From NCBI RefSeq assembly GCF_009834535.1, contig NC_045697.1:42038001-42102000 (forward strand): a DNA stretch of 64,000 nucleotides, in the 5' to 3' direction. This DNA comes from Camelus ferus. Taxonomy: Eukaryota. A model generated the notes under the pieces. It saw only the letters and a program-made list of their open reading frames with translations. It searched no databases and was not told the DNA's origin. This document shows positions 26,950 through 41,240 of the stretch, in pieces (the first letter of the stretch is position 1; each line of letters opens with the position of its first letter). The translations under genes were made by a program, and so were the position numbers.

Positions 26950-28730
26950 CATCCTTCTCCTTTATTGAGACCTTTATTTCTTTATACAACTTCAAGTTAC
27001 TGCCTAGTGTCCTATCATTTCACCCTGCAGGATTCCCTTGAGCATTTCTTGCAAGGCAGGTCTAGTGGTAACAAACTGCCTCAACGTTTGTCTTTCTGGG
27101 AATGCCTTAATTTCTCCCTCTCTTTTGAAAGATAGTTTTGCTGGATATTGAATTCTTGTTTAACAGTTTGTTTTTTTTAATTTTTAGCACTTTGAATATT
27201 GCAACCCACTGCCTGTGACCTCCACATTTTCTGATAAGAAATCTGCTGAAAATCTTATTGTACATCTCATTTATGTAACAAGTCACTTCTGTCCTGCTGC
27301 TTTCAAGATTCTCTTTGTCTTCATTACTTTGACTGCAATGCATCTTGGTGTGGTTCTCTTTGAGTTCATCTTACTTCATCACTGAACTTCTTAGGTGTTT
27401 ATATTTATATCTTTCATCAAATTTGGGACGTTTTCAGCCATTATTTCTTCAAATATTCTCTTTGTCTCTTTCTCTCCTCTCCTTCTGAGATTCCCACGAT
27501 GCATAGATATCCACTTAATGGTGTCTCACAGATTCCTTAGGTTCTGTTCACTTTTCTGTCATCTTTTTTTTTTCTTTCTGTTCTTCAGATTCAGTAATTT
27601 CCATTGTCTTATCTTTAAGCTCACTGATTATTTCTTTTGTCTGCTCAAGTCTGCCTTTGAATTACTCTGGTGAATTTCTTATTTATTTTATTTTTCAGCT
27701 CCAAAATTTCTTGTTGGCTTCTTTGTAGATTTTCTGTCTCTTTACTGATACTGCCACTTTGTTCATATATTGTTTTCTTGACTTTCTCCACATCTTCCTT
27801 TAATTCTTTGGGCACCTTTAAGACAGTTGTTTTAAAGTGTTTTTCCAGTAAAGCCACCATTTGTTCTTTTTCAGGGACAGTTTCTGTTGATTTTTTTTTT
27901 TTCCTTTAAATAACCCATACATTCCTATTTCTTGTATATCTTGTGATTTTCTGTTGCAAATTAGACATTTGAATTTGACAATGTGGTAACTCTGGAAATC
28001 AAATTCTCCCCCTTCCCCAGAGCTTACTATTTTTGTTACTGTTTTGTTTATTGTCTTTTTTTTTTTAATTGTTGTAGTCTGTCTCTGTGCCAAGGATCAC
28101 TCTGAATTGTAAACTTAATGTCTTCTCACATCTTTTCTGAGACTGCACTTTTCCCTGAGCATGTACAGTCACTTTCCAATTCTCTTCCTATATGCGATTG
28201 CTTTTGAATGTCATAGCATTTCATATCTAACTTCCAAAAAGGAAAAAGAGAAAAATGAAGAGGGAGAGGTGCAGGCCCTTTAAATTTCCTGGAAGTCACT
28301 TCAGCTGAGGGGCTTGCAGCAATGGCAGGTGATGAAACAACAATGGATGCCTGCTTCATTGCACTTCTGCGATTAGAAGCAGCAATGAGTGATCAGAGTA
28401 CAGATGCCCAAAATCTGGAGGACAGGGCCCCTTTTGCCCATCCTGGCTCTCATAAGTTGTATGCAAGCTGCTCCTAGAACATACGCACAGCTGCCTGCCA
28501 TGTGGCTGGGGGTGGATGATGGGTAGCTGCTATTCTGCTAAGAGCTGAAACTGACCAAAATTAAATGCAGTGTATCAGCCCTGCCTGCCCCTGGAAGTTA
28601 CAGGCTTTCAATAGCCCTCAGAGTTTCAAAATAGTTACATCAGACAGATTTTGCCAGCACAACTGCTATCTAGTTGGGGAGACATATTCCTGGTGCTTCC
28701 TATGCCACCATCTTCCCAGAATCTTCTAAA
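26950..28730 (-). mobile_element. Old L1M 5' region / ORF1 remnant
   Basis: Minus-strand peptides LKVPKELKEDVEKVKKTIYEQ...EILELKNKI (ORF1 coiled coil) and RQWVAIFKVLK; gcatttcttgcaaggcaggtctagtggtaacaaact is a typical ORF1 end in reverse. Confidence 0.85.
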
Positions 28731-30459
28731 ATGATACTGATTTTTAACTAAAAGGAAAGTGTGATCAGTTCTCTGATGGGAGTAGTTATATACATGCTAG
28801 GCACTGGCATTCAGGAAGGAGCTGGAAGTTTGGACAGATTCAGTTCTTAGTGGTAAATTAGACCACAACATGTTTTATGTATTTGTAAGATCCTCACTAC
28901 CAGGTCAACCTTAACATTTTGTTAATCATTTTAGTATAACCAATCAAATTGAGCCAGTCACACTGTGATGCCTACAGTTAGCATTATTAGACCTCTTGGG
29001 AAGTGAATATAGTTTATAAAAGTCTGTAATTTACAAGCTACATTTATCTTTGTAATGTTTCTTTTTCAGTTATTTCTGTCTCTGAAACCATCCTGTGAAG
29101 CTTGTTTTCACTTCCTCTTTCATTTTATACTTCTTTCATTGCCCTTACTTGTATTTCTCTATCTAACCCATTTTTCTAACAGCAATTTCCTTTATGCTCC
29201 CCAAAGTCTTTTTACATAAACCACAGAGGAAAAGAAGGTACCAGTTTTCTAATTCAGCAGAGTTATTTGCATTTATGAGCAAATGCAACACACTTAAATT
29301 CAGTGAGAAAATTAAACCATGAATCTCAATCTAAGTGACTACCTTGATTCTTTAAAGAAACTTTGCCATTTTGCCTCATGCTTACCAGATAACTATAAAT
29401 ACCACCTGATTTGTTTACCATTAGGTGCTTTGTGTTATCACTTGCTAGGTACAAAATGAACTGGGCATAAAATAAACAATGTATCCATGGTTGGCCAAGA
29501 GACATTCATTTCTCATGGGATCTTTGTATTTTGGATGTCTGAATGGAAAGGAGCTTCCCGCTGCCTGCTATGCTCCATCAGTCTGAGAAAGGGGTTATTC
29601 CTTGTTGTGTTCGGGTTGCCAGTTCACTGTGCACCATTTCTTTGATTAGAGGAAAATTTTCATATTCAGCAAAATCTATTCAATACACAAAATAGATTAT
29701 TTGTCCAAGTCTGAGAGAGGAGAGGGGGTTGTGTTGACCACAAACACATTTGGCAGACTGAGGTGAAAGGAACAGAGCAAAAACAGAACAAGGCTGTCGT
29801 AAAAAGCAAGTAAATAGAACTGCAATGTTTATCAACTGAGGTAAATTTTAAGCAATGCTTTTGTTTTGTTTTGTTTTATCTTTAATTTAGGGACATTGGT
29901 GAATAGATTGGCAAAATATAGGACTTTTGTGGGGTTACAAAAGACTCATTTGCCACATATTTTAGAGAGAATGAGCCACTACTGAATTCTAATGCATTCT
30001 TGCTGTTCTGAATACTTATATTCAGAAGAGACAGATGTTATTTTAGTAAGTACCCTGAAATGGAAAATGAGATTCCTTTTCTTATATATGGATTAGAGGG
30101 CCAATTTAATGGCTATTGAATCCGAGGCTAGGCTGGCAGATAGTTTCACCTCTTACGATAACTCTGACCAATTTTTTTGTGGCTGCCTAGAATGCTATAT
30201 TAAGAAAGATTTCAGTTTTACCAAGCTAGTGGGGAAGGAGTGCTGGGATGGAGTCCGTGGGCAAGTCTGCCTTGGGGAGGGAAAAGAAGAGCAGGACCGA
30301 CAGCTGACAAACCTGCCTGAGATCACGGGTTAGACTGTATGTTAGGTCAGAGGTTTTTGAACCTGTTTTTGCTTCTGACATGATACAAATACGTGGCAGT
30401 AAAGCTAGTAATAGCAAAAGTTTGTTGTGTTGGTAGTGGTTGGTTGTTTATGGTCGAGT

Positions 30460-30570
30460 AATACTATTAACTAACATATACTAAGTATTTTCTACATGCC
30501 AGGTATCACGCTAAGTACCTTATATGTAGCAGCTCACAGCTGCTATTTAATGCTCACAACAATCCTTTAA
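30460..30570 (-). mobile_element. MIR fragment
   Basis: tacatgccaggtatcacgctaagtacctta...tttaatgctcacaacaatcct. Confidence 0.6.
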
Positions 30571-31313
30571 CATAATTATGTTTTGACTTACGGCCAGTTC
30601 TCAGGGCTTTATGTGCAATCCCATCCCTTTCTCTTTCAATAAAGGAATGTCAGAGTGTGAGCATTATAAGGATGATCTAGAATGCACTGAAATTTATTTT
30701 TTAAAAAAGTAAATTTTTCTCAAGCTTTAACATTTTAATTAATGACTTGTGACAGGCCTTATAGCTTATTGACACAGAAGCACAGTGACGCTAAGGTTGA
30801 AGCTGCTTGTACTACACTTGCCATTCTGGTTTTCCAGACTCACTCCCTAATTCCAGGCTGAGTGTCACGGAAATATGTGTTTTTGATAAAAGTGGAGAGC
30901 AGATGAGAATTAGTAGAGGCGTGGTTACCAGTCTCCCAACAGTGCTAGCAAATCAGTTATGACTGCAGACCCCACAGGTTACTGGTGGGCCAGGGAAGGG
31001 CACTATGAACCATTTTAGTGAGCCCTTTGATTTTACAAATGTGAAAACTAAGATCAGTGACATTTGTTTCTATTTGACTACTTTTTAACTTTTTCCCATA
31101 CATATTTAAAGAACTGTTGCAAATTCATTGAAAAAAAAAATGAGAGCATGTATGTTAAATTTTAAACATATCCATAGGTCTACTTTAAATACACTAAGAA
31201 TTTTGATAAAAGTTGTGGGGAGTTTCTAGCAGTAAAATTTCTACTATAAAGTATTTTCTTCTGGAGGGAAAATATGGCAGGTAGCAGGTACTCAATGATT
31301 GCTTATTTTAATT

Positions 31314-31390
31314 AGAGAAAAGGCAAGAAGGAAGGAAGAAAGGGAGAGAAATAAGAAGGGAGGGAGAAAGAAAGGGAGGAAGAAAGAAAA
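31314..31390 (+). repeat. GA-rich low-complexity tract
   Basis: Directly visible. Confidence 0.8.
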
Positions 31391-33129
31391 TTTTCCCATC
31401 CGAAACAAATTAAAATCTCATTTACATTAAATAGTCATTTTCTAAATATTAGCATCTTTGTGCTACCAATCCACTGTTTGGCATTCACATATTAAGCACT
31501 GCTTTCAGAGGGAATTCTCTTTCCCTTCTTAAAAAGGGAATAATCAAAATAAACATGCAAAAAACATATTATGGTAACTGGTACAAAAATATGGCATGCT
31601 GTGGAAATTTGCAAAAATGACCTTGAAAAACATTAAATTTAACTTCTGGACTTATAATTAAGAGGAAAATGTTTGTAAAATGAAAATCTACATTCTATTT
31701 TTTTTTTAATTCTTGAATCTACTTTAAAAGCATTCTTTAACATGCAGGATTAGTATGCACTGTACATGTTTATCTAAGTATTTTGATGGTGGATGTCTCA
31801 AACTAAAAAAGGCACAAAAAACACAAAATGTAAAATTTCTCTCAAAATGCACACAGTATCCTTTACTTTCGTTGTAAAAAATGAACTTCCTTTGTAATAA
31901 ATTTGATAAAGAAAACCTGATGAGTTGGCTTCCTTGAAGCATACATAGCCAGTCCCCACCCTAACAAACTTGATGCACTAGTGGAAGATATGGCTCTAAC
32001 TACATTCCAAGAGGAATTATTAGGCTCAAATGAGAGGATCAGAGATGAGAATAGCTTGATATTGGGAACCAAAGGAAATGAAAGTGTATAAATCTCTAGC
32101 TAATGGATTAGCCGTAGGTGTAGAATGTTAATAGGAACCAGATTCATTATCTAGTAAATTTTCAGACATGCCCCCAAACTGGCCATTATCATAATTACAT
32201 GATAAAAAGAGCTTGTTCAAATAGTAAATATAAAAAAAAAACTTTTTTTCCCTAGTCAAGCTTACTAGTGCTACAGTGTCCTGTCCTCTGGCTTTTTTCT
32301 TGCATCACAAGGTTAACGAAACTCATGGAATATTAATAAAAGGTATATTTAAAGAATTATCAAAATTTCAAGCTAAAAAATATTAGAAATCCTCTTCTGG
32401 GTTTTTTTGGTTTGTTTGTTTATTTGATTGTTTGTTTTTTAAGGCGCAAAGGAGCCTCAGATTCATTAATTGTTCAGGTTTTCAGTGGCAGAGTTAGGAA
32501 TAAATCCAGGTCCCGTGATCCCTGCTAGATCCCAGTTCCATTTGTATTCAAATGTAATTCACCTCCATGCAAATGCCCACAGAATCTTCACTGAACAGAG
32601 ATAAGAGGAGGTGGTCGCGTTTACAGAATCTCTATCCATCATAAGCTAATGGCTCTGAGGCCCAGTGCAATTTCTTTCACAAAGTCGTCTTCCCCTGCAA
32701 GCTTCACCTTGCAGGTGATTTACCTCTAAGGACATCACCTGATGGCCTTTAGAGAGGCAACAGCATGCCTCACGCTTCTCCATTTTAAATGAGTTTAACT
32801 TTAAATTAGAAACCTTATGGGTCAGAGAGAAAGGTTAAGTATCCAGGACACAAAGACTTCAGCAATCACTGCCTTTGTACCCCTCCCATGCAAGTTAGAA
32901 AGTTTTCATTGACTATAAAATATAAGGCAAATGTTTTTGTAACCTTAGGAAGAAAATAAAGAATTAGTTTATTTTAGCCCCCAATTACTGACTTAAAAAC
33001 AATCTCAGGTGTAAGTAAAAGTAGAGTGTTTTCACTTTGAAAAATGTGTACTCCTCCATGGTGATTTTTTATGACTACACTTCAAAGAGTTAGATGTTCA
33101 TGTTGAACATGAGTTTATGATACTTCTTT

Positions 33130-33360
33130 AGTCAATAAATGTTAATTGAGTACATACTGTGTTGCCAGACACTGCTTTGTGAGAAAGTCTTTAGGACTCA
33201 AGGGGTCAGGAGAGTTAAAAGCAATTCTATATGACTAGAGCTATCCTATAGATATTCACAGAACTCTGTGGGAAATTACAGGAAGTAGCTACTAATTTCC
33301 ACCCCCATGCTCCAGGCTAGGCAGAGAATGAAGAGAATCAGGGAAGGGTAGAGTGAAATG
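33130..33360 (-). mobile_element. L2 3' fragment
   Basis: caataaatgttaattgagtacatactgtgttgccagacactg. Confidence 0.55.
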
Positions 33361-36199
33361 ATACATGATTTGACTTTCTCTTAAACAAACAAAAGCTACT
33401 ATATTAAAGGGCAGCACAAGGCATTTAGCAAGCAGAAAGCATCATCCTTATAGGATAAAAAGCAAGAGAGACTTTGGTAGAGAGTCTGATCATGTGCATG
33501 CACACCACTAAGGGACGGGCTGGTGGAGAAGAGCAACCTCGCCTGCTGATTGTGCTGAACCCATTTCCAACAAAAAGTCAGGGACAGTCAGAAACTCCTT
33601 GCTAATGAAGTCACCAGGACACAGGCCTGTTTTCCCTGAGCATGCTACTCCCTTGGCCCAGAATGTTCTTCCCTCTTCTTGCATGACTGAGTTTTCTTCA
33701 TTCTTCAGCATCCCCACGCCTCTCTACCACTGCTTTATTGTCTGTCTAGGTATCTAGTCATTTCCTTCACAGCACTTTACAATGTTACTGCTGCATGTTA
33801 AACAGCTGTCCCCCTCATTATAATTTATTATAATGATAATCATAAATTATAAATTCTTAATGTGATCTACTAGATGATTTTTTAAAAAAATTAATTATCA
33901 CTTACAGCATGAATAAGGTTCTGTTTACTTTGGCACAGGCAACATGTGATGCCTCAACTTGCCTACCACTTACCTCTGTCCTAATGACTGAGAAAGCTTT
34001 GTTCAGACAGTATCGAAAGGTGACATCATTTGGCCTTCACTTTAAGGGAATGAAACATTTTCTGTATTAAATGCACCCCTGTTCTTTTACTGGGTCTATT
34101 AAGGAATACTACTTGGGGCCAAAGTGATTATAAACAAAACATAGCTATTGAAAATATGAAACAGTCTTTTATTAAATAATACTTACACAGATTTTTTTTT
34201 TGATTACTATAAATACTTCCACAATTCTGATAGAGAATTCATCAATCCCCCATTTTAAGAAGCAGGCACATCCTGGATTAGGATCTCTTCTCTGGTTCCA
34301 GTGCTTACAGCAGAAGACCTATATTTGAAGCTCTGCTCAAAAACATGAGCTATGCAAATCTAAGCAATTCTCAACTTTATTGAGCATGAGAACATCTGCA
34401 TACAAAATTGTACTCTTCTCCAATCTTCAGTTTCCTCTTCTATAAAATGGTAGAACAGTAAATATCCAAGCTCCATTTTATTTGAGATATGTGGATTGGC
34501 ATACCACTAAAATGTTATTCTGATAGCATTTCGCAGAGAAGGTAGAAATCTTTCATTCAACCAATCAACTGTCACCATGAGACTGACACAAAGGCTGTAA
34601 GGCAAGACCCAAAACGCTTTATTACTGGTGAGGCTTTGGCCCAAAGCTCCTGCATAGACTGATCTCTGGTAAGATAATACTGACAAAAGCAGAGTCCTTC
34701 TCTATGCAAGGGGAGTATAAGAAGCCTTGAATTGCAGTGTCTTACCTTCTTTATCACTACCCCAAAGCCCAAATCCAAGTCTCAGTTCTTATCACTCCAC
34801 TGGGATGTAATGCCTCACTCAGCAAAAGAGTGAACAGAATGAGAGTGAGAATGAAAGAAAGGGAGGTAGAGAGAAATAGACAGAGAAAGAAAGAGAGCAA
34901 GATAATTTCCCAAAGCAAGGAGCCATCCACTGTGACCTTCCTAGAGAGGGCAAGAGCCCCCAGAACCAAGCCCTGAGAAGACAGAATGGAGAAAGGTAAT
35001 AGGGAAGCAGCATAGGGAGGTGCAGAGCCACAAAAAGAGACTTAGAAACTCAGAGAGATTCAGGGAGTCAGAAACTGTTCCTCCAATGAGGCATCAGGAT
35101 CAGGTCTATATGTTGGGGCAAGAAATAACTAGATGCAAAGTGTAAAGAGATAATTGGCTTTTTTCTTCTTTAGCTATTAGTCCCTGGGGAACTACAGGGC
35201 GGTGGGGATTAATGTCTGCACATGCTGCAGACTGGACTTTTTAACCCATTACTGGACTACCCCTAGCACAATGGCCAGTGAAAATGCCCTCAGTCGTGAC
35301 CTACCAAAGCAGAACTTTATTCCTTGGGAACAAATTAAGGAGAACAAAGGGAAGGTGAATATCCTTCACTTCTCAATTCCTTGAAATTATAAAAATTATT
35401 TTTTCCTTGAAAGAAATGCCCCAATCTATTCTCCAACATCATCCTCTCAGCAGGTGTTTGAGTCTTATAAGCCTTTCAGCTTCTAAAGTCATAACCCTAA
35501 AACAGCTACACGATTTAAAAGAATAGCTTTACCGGGGACACTCTCAGGATCCTCTTTAGGACTTCAGCCACCAGAAGTACACTCCAGATTTGTTTCCATA
35601 GGAATCCCTGAAAGTGAGTGGCAGAAGGTGGTTCTGATAGGCTAGGATGTGTTTTCCTCAGTTCCCTGTCACATGTCTAAAAGGACAGTCCATGGGACAT
35701 TTCTTGGTTAGCCATTTCCATTTTATGAACAGAAATTTAGTGGACAGTCATCAGCCACTGCAATGTATCACTGTTGTCTTGTGTCAGAAACAGAAAGCAT
35801 CACATCTGCTTTTGCCCATGAATCCTCTTCATTGTATAGGTTAGTAAAGACAGCCAAAAATAAACCTCAGGTTTGAATCAGGTGGTGTTAATGAATCAGA
35901 GTGGTGCCATGTGAATCAGCTAAAAGTGGGGACCACCTGCAAATGCCTACAGAGCCAACAGCGATTCACTTCAGGAGTGACTGCAGAACTGTGTATTAGA
36001 CGTAGGCAAACGGGTGTGAGCAGACTCCGTATGCCATCCTGGGTACATACTCTGTGCATACCTCCCAATCTGCCAAGTATCATCTACAGAAGGCCAACAA
36101 CCCCTAGCCTAGGGCCACTCAGGAAAAACCATGAGTTATTAACGTAATTCCTAGAACTCTAGGTTGCCTCTAAATTGTCATCATTATTTCGAATGATGG

Positions 36200-36390
36200 G
36201 TTCTTCATCAGGGCTGCCTGGTTTTGCCATTTGTTATCTTTGGAACATAGATTATTTTAATCTTCAAGAAGCTTAGTTTCCCCATAGATTAAAACCTCTG
36301 CAGATAGTGTTGCTATGAGAATTAATGAGATAGTAATGCAAATAGAGCACTGAGCAGAGAACATGGCACAGAAGAGTTCACAACAAACAC
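36200..36390 (+). mobile_element. MIR fragment
   Basis: gcttagtttccccat...gttgctatgagaattaatgagatagtaatgcaaatagagcact...catggcacag. Confidence 0.65.
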
Positions 36391-39300
36391 TCACTCCCTT
36401 TCAGCTCCCTGAAAAGCCACAGTAGAGTGAGGGATTACCTCTCAAAATGTATCTCCAACATTTATCAGCTGAAACTATTTTTAATTGCCACTCTAATAAA
36501 ACATTAGAAATTGAGGCGTGGCTTGAGTCAGTTACACTCTAAAATAAGAAAGCTTATTATTATATTAGTTTCTGAGAATTCAGTGAAAGTGCTAATACAA
36601 TTCACAAGAGAAAAATTTTAAATGTTCAGGCAGACATCAAAACAGGAAGGATAGAAAAGTATCAACTATGTGGAATGCCACAAAATAAAAGTCCTCAAGG
36701 ATAGCATCCCCTGACGCCTACTTCCCAATTCAGGATAGAAGAGGAGAGAACAGGTGAGATACCAAAAGGCAGTTTCTGTTCAAGCAGCTGATCAGAGATG
36801 TGTAAATCTGGAAAGGCAACAGATATTGCTTCCACCGATAATTTTTTCTATGATCAAAGCGAATTATGTGATTCAAAATGCCATAATTAAAATATCTTGA
36901 AACTTTCAATTCAGACTATTACCTGAGATCTGTAAGTATTTTGAGAGTTTATTTCCTCCCCAGTAATACTATGCTATGTTACAAGATTTGAAAATTAACA
37001 CCTGATACTTAATGGACCCCACTGTAAATGTTGTGGACAGTGACACAAAGAATGTGGCAGTCTCTGCTTTGAAAAAGGAATTCACTGATAGAATCTCAAG
37101 TAGTAAACAACAGCCAGATGAATGATTTATGCACGTTTAAAAAACTCAGCCAAGTTTTCTATTTCATGAGCTTTGCATCTCGTAATTTTGGAAGGAAAGG
37201 GCTGCAGGGGAAGCAAAATCATTGTTGCATCTTTCAAATATTCTCAAGCCTTTTGTAAGAGTCAAAAAAGAGAAACATTTTAAATAAACATTGCCTTTTT
37301 ATCACAATTGCATGTGAAATGATGACACTTTAAAGAGGAAGTTTTGAAAACAGTAAATATTTTAGATAAGCAATTGTGTCACTGTGATAATGACTAAAAC
37401 TGTCTTCACCAAAGATTTTTGCATAAATATTCAAAATAAAAACTTACATAGAACACTTGGAGCATTTATGAAATCTTTGCCTGGTTTGAAAATGGAATTA
37501 TTGCTCATTTTCCCCTAGGATGCTCAAAATGTAAAGTGCCCCATTTCCAAAATATCTGTGGATATTGCAATGCACATTTTATAGGTAAATGTAATGATAA
37601 GGGAAATAATTAAAAGCATTAGCGCACAGGAAGAACCGTGAGAGTTTGATGTTTAGAAAGCTGCAGCGTCTGTGGGGCTAGGCAAAGCTTCTAGAAATCT
37701 GGGGTCAAGAGCAAATCTGAAACCATCAGTTCCATCTTTTCCTTTAACAGTGGAGGTACTGGGAGGCACAAAGTGCCGCCCTCCACTCGTGGAAGAATGA
37801 AGTCCAGAACCCAGGAGAGGAACCCCTGGCTCCTGCATCACAAGGTGTATTATAAAAACCAACACTGACAGGACGCCAATTTTCTCTTTAAAATCTAGAG
37901 AAAAATGTAAGTATTATGTCTAGTCATTAAAAAAAAAAATTAAAAACAACTAGGAAAAGGTTCAAAATAGGTTATTTCACACTGAAAAGCTGCCCCAAAA
38001 TGTATTAGATTCTTACTTTTGATGTTTTCGGCTTTCTCTGGAGAAGGTTCTGAATGTTAAGTAATACAGCTAAGTTAGGGTTATGTTGGTTTATTCAAAT
38101 AATCAGTGCCCACTGCAAGCAAGGCCAGGACTATTGTGTATTCAACCCACCTCTAGGTCAGTAGGCTCCCATCTACAGATTTGGTTCTTTATTCTAGTCA
38201 TCCATCTAACAGTTTCTCAAGATTGACCACAAGGTAGGCCTGGTGGAAGATGAGCATCTACTTACCTAAACTAATTTTTTTTAAACTTCAGTGAGGGATG
38301 ACACATTATTTAAGCAATTGTGATTCCATATCAGGAAAAATATATTTAAGTAGGAATCCAGGTTCACAAAAATGAGCTGAGGGTTCTGTTCTGCTAATAC
38401 ATTGAACTGATTCTGTTAATCTCTTCTATGACTATGACACAAACAGGAAAAATGAGTTAAAAAAGAAAAAAATAATTTAGCATAGTTAAAATATATATAG
38501 TACTTATGATATGTCTTTAGTACTTTAATATTTTAAAATATTAAGTCATATTTGTACATATGGTGAGTACCTGGCTCATAAGTGGAACAGAATATCGTTT
38601 CAAGGTAGTATCACAGGAAATCAGACATACGAAGAATTTTGATAATCTCTAGAATTATTAGTTAATGAGAAAATGGTAGTCTTATATAGGAGAAAAAAAA
38701 GTATGTGCATTTGATTTATAAGTTGTAATTGAAAAAGCATAAAAGTATGATATAAGTTTTTATACTAGGGTGTTGAGTAGAAATTATCCTATTGTCCCAA
38801 ACTGACTTCTGGAATCTAAACCAGAAATAAAGAGATGTTAAGTGCCTTCCAGTCCTAAGAGATAAAAGAATAGAAGCCAATGCCATCAGATATTACCACC
38901 GTGGCCAGCACCAGTCCTCTCCTTCCTGCCTAGAGAAAGAAGACTGGGGGAAGGCCAAAACCCCCTCCAAAAGGAGAACGAACTCCAGGAAAATCACTAG
39001 CAGCTAGGGAGCCGGGCAGCTCGCTCCTCTGTTTGTCACGTGCTTAGGCTGCTCCTCACATAGCCCTGAGTGATGGACAAAAGGACCGCTGGGCGGAGAA
39101 AATTCTGCAGCAGTGTGGAGAAGCCTGCAGTGCCACATTTGTCGTGGTGACCATGCATGGATTTCCAGGAGTTCAAGTTTAACCAGGGAAGACAGGGGCC
39201 TGGTAATGAGCTCCTAGTAGCAAGAAAATGTGGGTGTACTGTCCATTCTGAGTGCTGAAAAGTGACAAAAAAGAGGACAAGATACAGCCCCACCTCCAAC

Positions 39301-39495
39301 GTCCCAGGCAGTCGAGATGGTCATAAATAGCCATAAGTTAGCCAGAGAAACAGGAGCTACCAAGATGGCCTTGTAGTCTCCTTGCAGCGATAGGCTCTTA
39401 TGCAGAGATGCATTTGCCCTTGCTCTCCTCTTCCCCTCTGCCAGTCCAGAGACCTCACAGAGAAGGAGAGAGTATCCAGTCCATGGCCCTCTCAA

Positions 39496-39518
39496 ACACG
39501 CACGTGCGCACGCGCGCG

Positions 39519-39564
<46 letters not shown>
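39496..39564. repeat. (CG)/(CA) alternating purine-pyrimidine microsatellite
   Basis: acacgcacgtgcgcacgcgcgcgcacacgcgcgca(ca)n; 69 bp of strict R/Y alternation. Confidence 0.95.
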
Positions 39565-39568
<4 letters not shown>

Positions 39569-39736
39569 GCTGAGGAGACAGAGGGGGAGAAAAAGAGCAT
39601 CTGTGCTCCCTCCCTGCGTGAAGTACCCCGTCAAGATTGGAAAGTATCAAGACGGGGTGTGGAGGGACATAAATGAGATTTTAACCAAGTGTGAGGCTTG
39701 AGTTTTAAGTTAGATTGGAATTTAATAATTAAAAAT

Positions 39737-40095
39737 GGCTGGCACATTTCCTCAAAAGGTTAAACACAGAGTTACTGTATATCCCACCAATTCCATTTCT
39801 AAGTAAATAACCAAGGGAAATGAAAACATATGTCTGTGCAAAAACGTGTACTCAAAGGTTTACTGCAGCATTATTCATAAAAGCCCCCAAATGGAAACAA
39901 TCCAAATGTCCACCAACTGAAGAATGGAGATATATATATACATATATATATAGTGAAATATCAATAAAATGAAATATTCAACCATCAAAGGAAACAAAGT
40001 ACTAATACATGCTACAACATGGATAAACCTTGAAAATATTATGCTAAGGGAAAGAAGGCAAAATTCGGAAAGTGAGAATAAAAATTCATGCATCT
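39737..40095 (+). mobile_element. L1MB-like 3' fragment
   Basis: cctcaaaaggttaaacacagagttac...gaaatgaaaacatatgtc...atacatgctacaacatggataaaccttgaaaatattatgctaag. Confidence 0.85.
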
Positions 40096-40971
40096 AGGGT
40101 AGCTTCCTTGTACACAAAAAAGTGATCAAGACGTTTCGTAAATTGTAATTTACGTAGTTTACAACAGATAAACAGTCACTGAATGAATGAACATATGGTA
40201 ATAGCACTGGAAAATAGATAGCATCTGGATTTATGCAGGAGGAAGTAAAGAAGAAGGGACAGAAAGATTGAGTGCCCGAAAGAAACATGAAAGAAAATAA
40301 ATAGCAAGTATCTGTCAAATATTTCATAAAATATAAATGTTCAAACTACATTTTCAACCATTGATTAAAAAAATTTCCCTAAATTCTCTTCTCCATTAAT
40401 TGAGATAATGGAAATAGACCTAATTTTATGCTAACAAGATAGCATATGGGGTATCTGGTTCGGTTTACTGAATTGCACTACATACAAAAGCCTTCAGTCA
40501 ATATGAGTAAATGTGGGAAGCAGAACTCAAGGGATTTAACTCCAGTAGTTCTCTCTCCAAATTGCTGTTGAGGAATAAGTGCTGTGCATGAGACAAGAAA
40601 ACTAAGACTGCCTCTGTCTGGGGTGGTCCAGCTTTGCAAAGAAAATCCTTCAAGCCTCCTTGGCTGTCATCATAATCATTTTGATAAGCTCTGAAGGAGA
40701 CCAAAAAGGAATTTAAACAAAGAGAAAAAACTTACTACAAAGCTAAGCATTGTTTTTTTTTTTTTTTTGAGAATATTTCCATGTGAATTCAGTGAATTGA
40801 CAACATAGAGCACAAGTGAAAACAAGTTATCTTCTGCTCTGATGTTAGCATTACTTACAGGGGCTGATCATCTATTATTTCCTTTGTTATGCAATTAATA
40901 AGGTATATATTATAGGTCTTGACTTCTAAACTATTGTGTCAGGGTATCCTGACGGTAAAAGACGTTAAAAA

Positions 40972-41240
40972 CGATGATGATAATGATGATGATGATAGTA
41001 ACACCAACAGTCGATATTCACTAAGTGCTTACTATGTGGCCAGGTACTGTATAGGTATTCTAGAAACACCATTTCCTGCATGCTAACAACTACTTATGAG
41101 ATAGGTATTATTATTATTACTCACATTTTCCAGATGTGTAACTTACCCAAGTAAACAACAAGTAGCTTACTCCAGGCCTGTACCTACTGATGGCGTCTAG
41201 ACTGAGCATAGGCAGCCTGACCCTAGAAGCTGTATACAAA
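40972..41240 (-). mobile_element. MIR with (GAT)n tail
   Basis: taagtgcttactatgtggccaggtactgt...atgagataggtattattatt...cattttccagatg...gtaacttacccaag. Confidence 0.7.

Noticed and set aside
33815..33853. AT-rich nested inverted repeats
   Set aside because: Short arms made almost only of A/T; expected in this composition.
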